A DNA stretch of 27,160 bases from Eubacteriales bacterium (lineage in GTDB: Bacteria > Bacillota > Clostridia > Oscillospirales > CAG-272). Within the stretch, counting starts at the first letter, position 1; each line of letters begins with the position of its first letter. The stretch spans positions 1 through 27,160 of the forward strand of contig JAZODB010000103.1 in NCBI GenBank assembly GCA_045596785.1, in the 5' to 3' direction. The notes under the pieces are model-generated. The model did no database searches and was not told the DNA's origin. It saw only the letters and a list, made by a program, of their open reading frames with translations. Shown here in pieces: positions 26,467 through 27,160 of the stretch. Position numbers and translations under genes: made by a program.

Positions 26467-26635
26467 TTCATCCGCGTGCATATCATATATCAGATTTAAA
26501 ATATCGGCAACACTTTTCTCGCTTTCCTTTTCCAACAATTTCTTTATTTCCATTTCACGCTTTGAAATCCCTTAAAAAATCAATCTGACAAACGCATTAA
26601 GTAAATCTCGGCGCCCTTCATTTTAAACAATTGTG

Positions 26636-26664
26636 ATTATAGCATAAATATATTTGAAATGTAA
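26636..26664 (-). promoter_or_regulatory. Orphan sigmaA-like promoter facing the 3' end of the inositol monophosphatase gene
   Basis: Minus strand TTACAT (26664-26659), 17 nt, TATAAT (26641-26636), with TGc extension. Lies downstream of the mscL terminator. AT-rich context raises the chance-match risk. Confidence 0.4.
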
Positions 26665-26715
26665 CTGGAAATTGCAAATCTCGTATATAATATTTTCAAA
26701 TATTTATTCCGATAT

Positions 26716-26759
26716 AAAAATAACGTGGGCATCAGAAAAATCGATGCCCACGTATTTTT
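26716..26759. terminator. Intrinsic terminator of mscL, probably bidirectional
   Basis: ACGTGGGCATC (26723-26733) / GATGCCCACGT (26743-26753) perfect stem flanked by A and T runs. Confidence 0.85.
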
Positions 26760-26760
26760 A

Positions 26761-27160
26761 TTATTTTTTCAATGAATCTCTGATTTCACGGAGAAGCAGG
26801 ATTTCCTCGGACGGCTGAGCCGGCTTAGGCTCTTCTTTCTTTGTCTCCTCTTCCTTTTTCTTCATTGACTCCTTGACCTTATTTATTGAACGCACCAAAA
26901 CAAATACAGAAAGTGCAACAAGAATAAAGTTAATAACAGCCTGAATCAATGAACCGTACATTATTGCCACCTCCGGAGTTTCCTCAGTAGCGGCAGTGAG
27001 CACAATCTTATAGTCGGAAAGATTTATATTTCCGAACAATTTTCCAATCAGAGGATTGATTATACCCTGCACTATTTGATTAACAATGGCTGTGAATGCT
27101 GAGCCGACAACAACACCGACTGCCATGTCGACAACGTTACCTCTGGTAATAAACTTCTTG
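26761..27160 (-). CDS. mscL: Large-conductance mechanosensitive channel MscL; 5' end beyond the right edge
   Basis: The frame continues upstream of the track start as KKFITRGNVVDMAVGVVVG.AFTAIV; also YGSLIQAVINF and LLREIRDSLKK. Confidence 0.96.
   Translation of the reverse strand, partial: KKFITRGNVVDMAVGVVVGSAFTAIVNQIVQGIINPLIGKLFGNINLSDYKIVLTAATEETPEVAIMYGSLIQAVINFILVALSVFVLVRSINKVKESMKKKEEETKKEEPKPAQPSEEILLLREIRDSLKK

Noticed and set aside
1-27160. CRISPR arrays, IS/integrase/phage genes, tRNA/rRNA, riboswitches or T-boxes, LexA boxes, known defence systems
   Set aside because: By eye I found no regularly spaced repeats, mobility genes, structured leaders of sufficient length or GAAC-N4-GTTC sites in intergenic regions. 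A covariance-model scan would be needed to exclude small RNAs.

Overview
A largely housekeeping stretch of chromosome from a spore-forming Clostridia-class Firmicute (inferred from gene content; probably Oscillospirales-like). I see no mobile element, CRISPR array, tRNA or rRNA. Left to right: a sugar-phosphate isomerase-type TIM barrel cut by the left edge; a minus-strand run yqfC-yqfD-phoH-ybeY-era-recO-mutS2; divergent ylbJ; a sigmaA-driven unit of a Cys-rich 68-aa ORF, prfB (no programmed frameshift) and a TrmH methylase, ending in a probable 28-codon gene remnant; a tightly coupled DUF951-yfhO-ruvA-ruvB-udg unit; a minus-strand unit of TIM-barrel isomerase, uxaC, MATE and LURP-one; a divergent MutS-type ATPase with no mismatch or Smr domain, followed by an Lrp regulator and a class I/II aminotransferase; rpmB; a DUF6873-like protein and an inositol monophosphatase; and mscL cut by the right edge. 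I cannot claim a clear novel multi-gene system. The best leads are the solitary stripped-down MutS-family ATPase, the Cys-rich microprotein ahead of a frameshift-less prfB, a palindromic sigmaE-like -10 box shared by divergent sporulation genes, and an orphan promoter pointing antisense into the inositol monophosphatase gene. Family assignments come from motif recognition, not from database searches.
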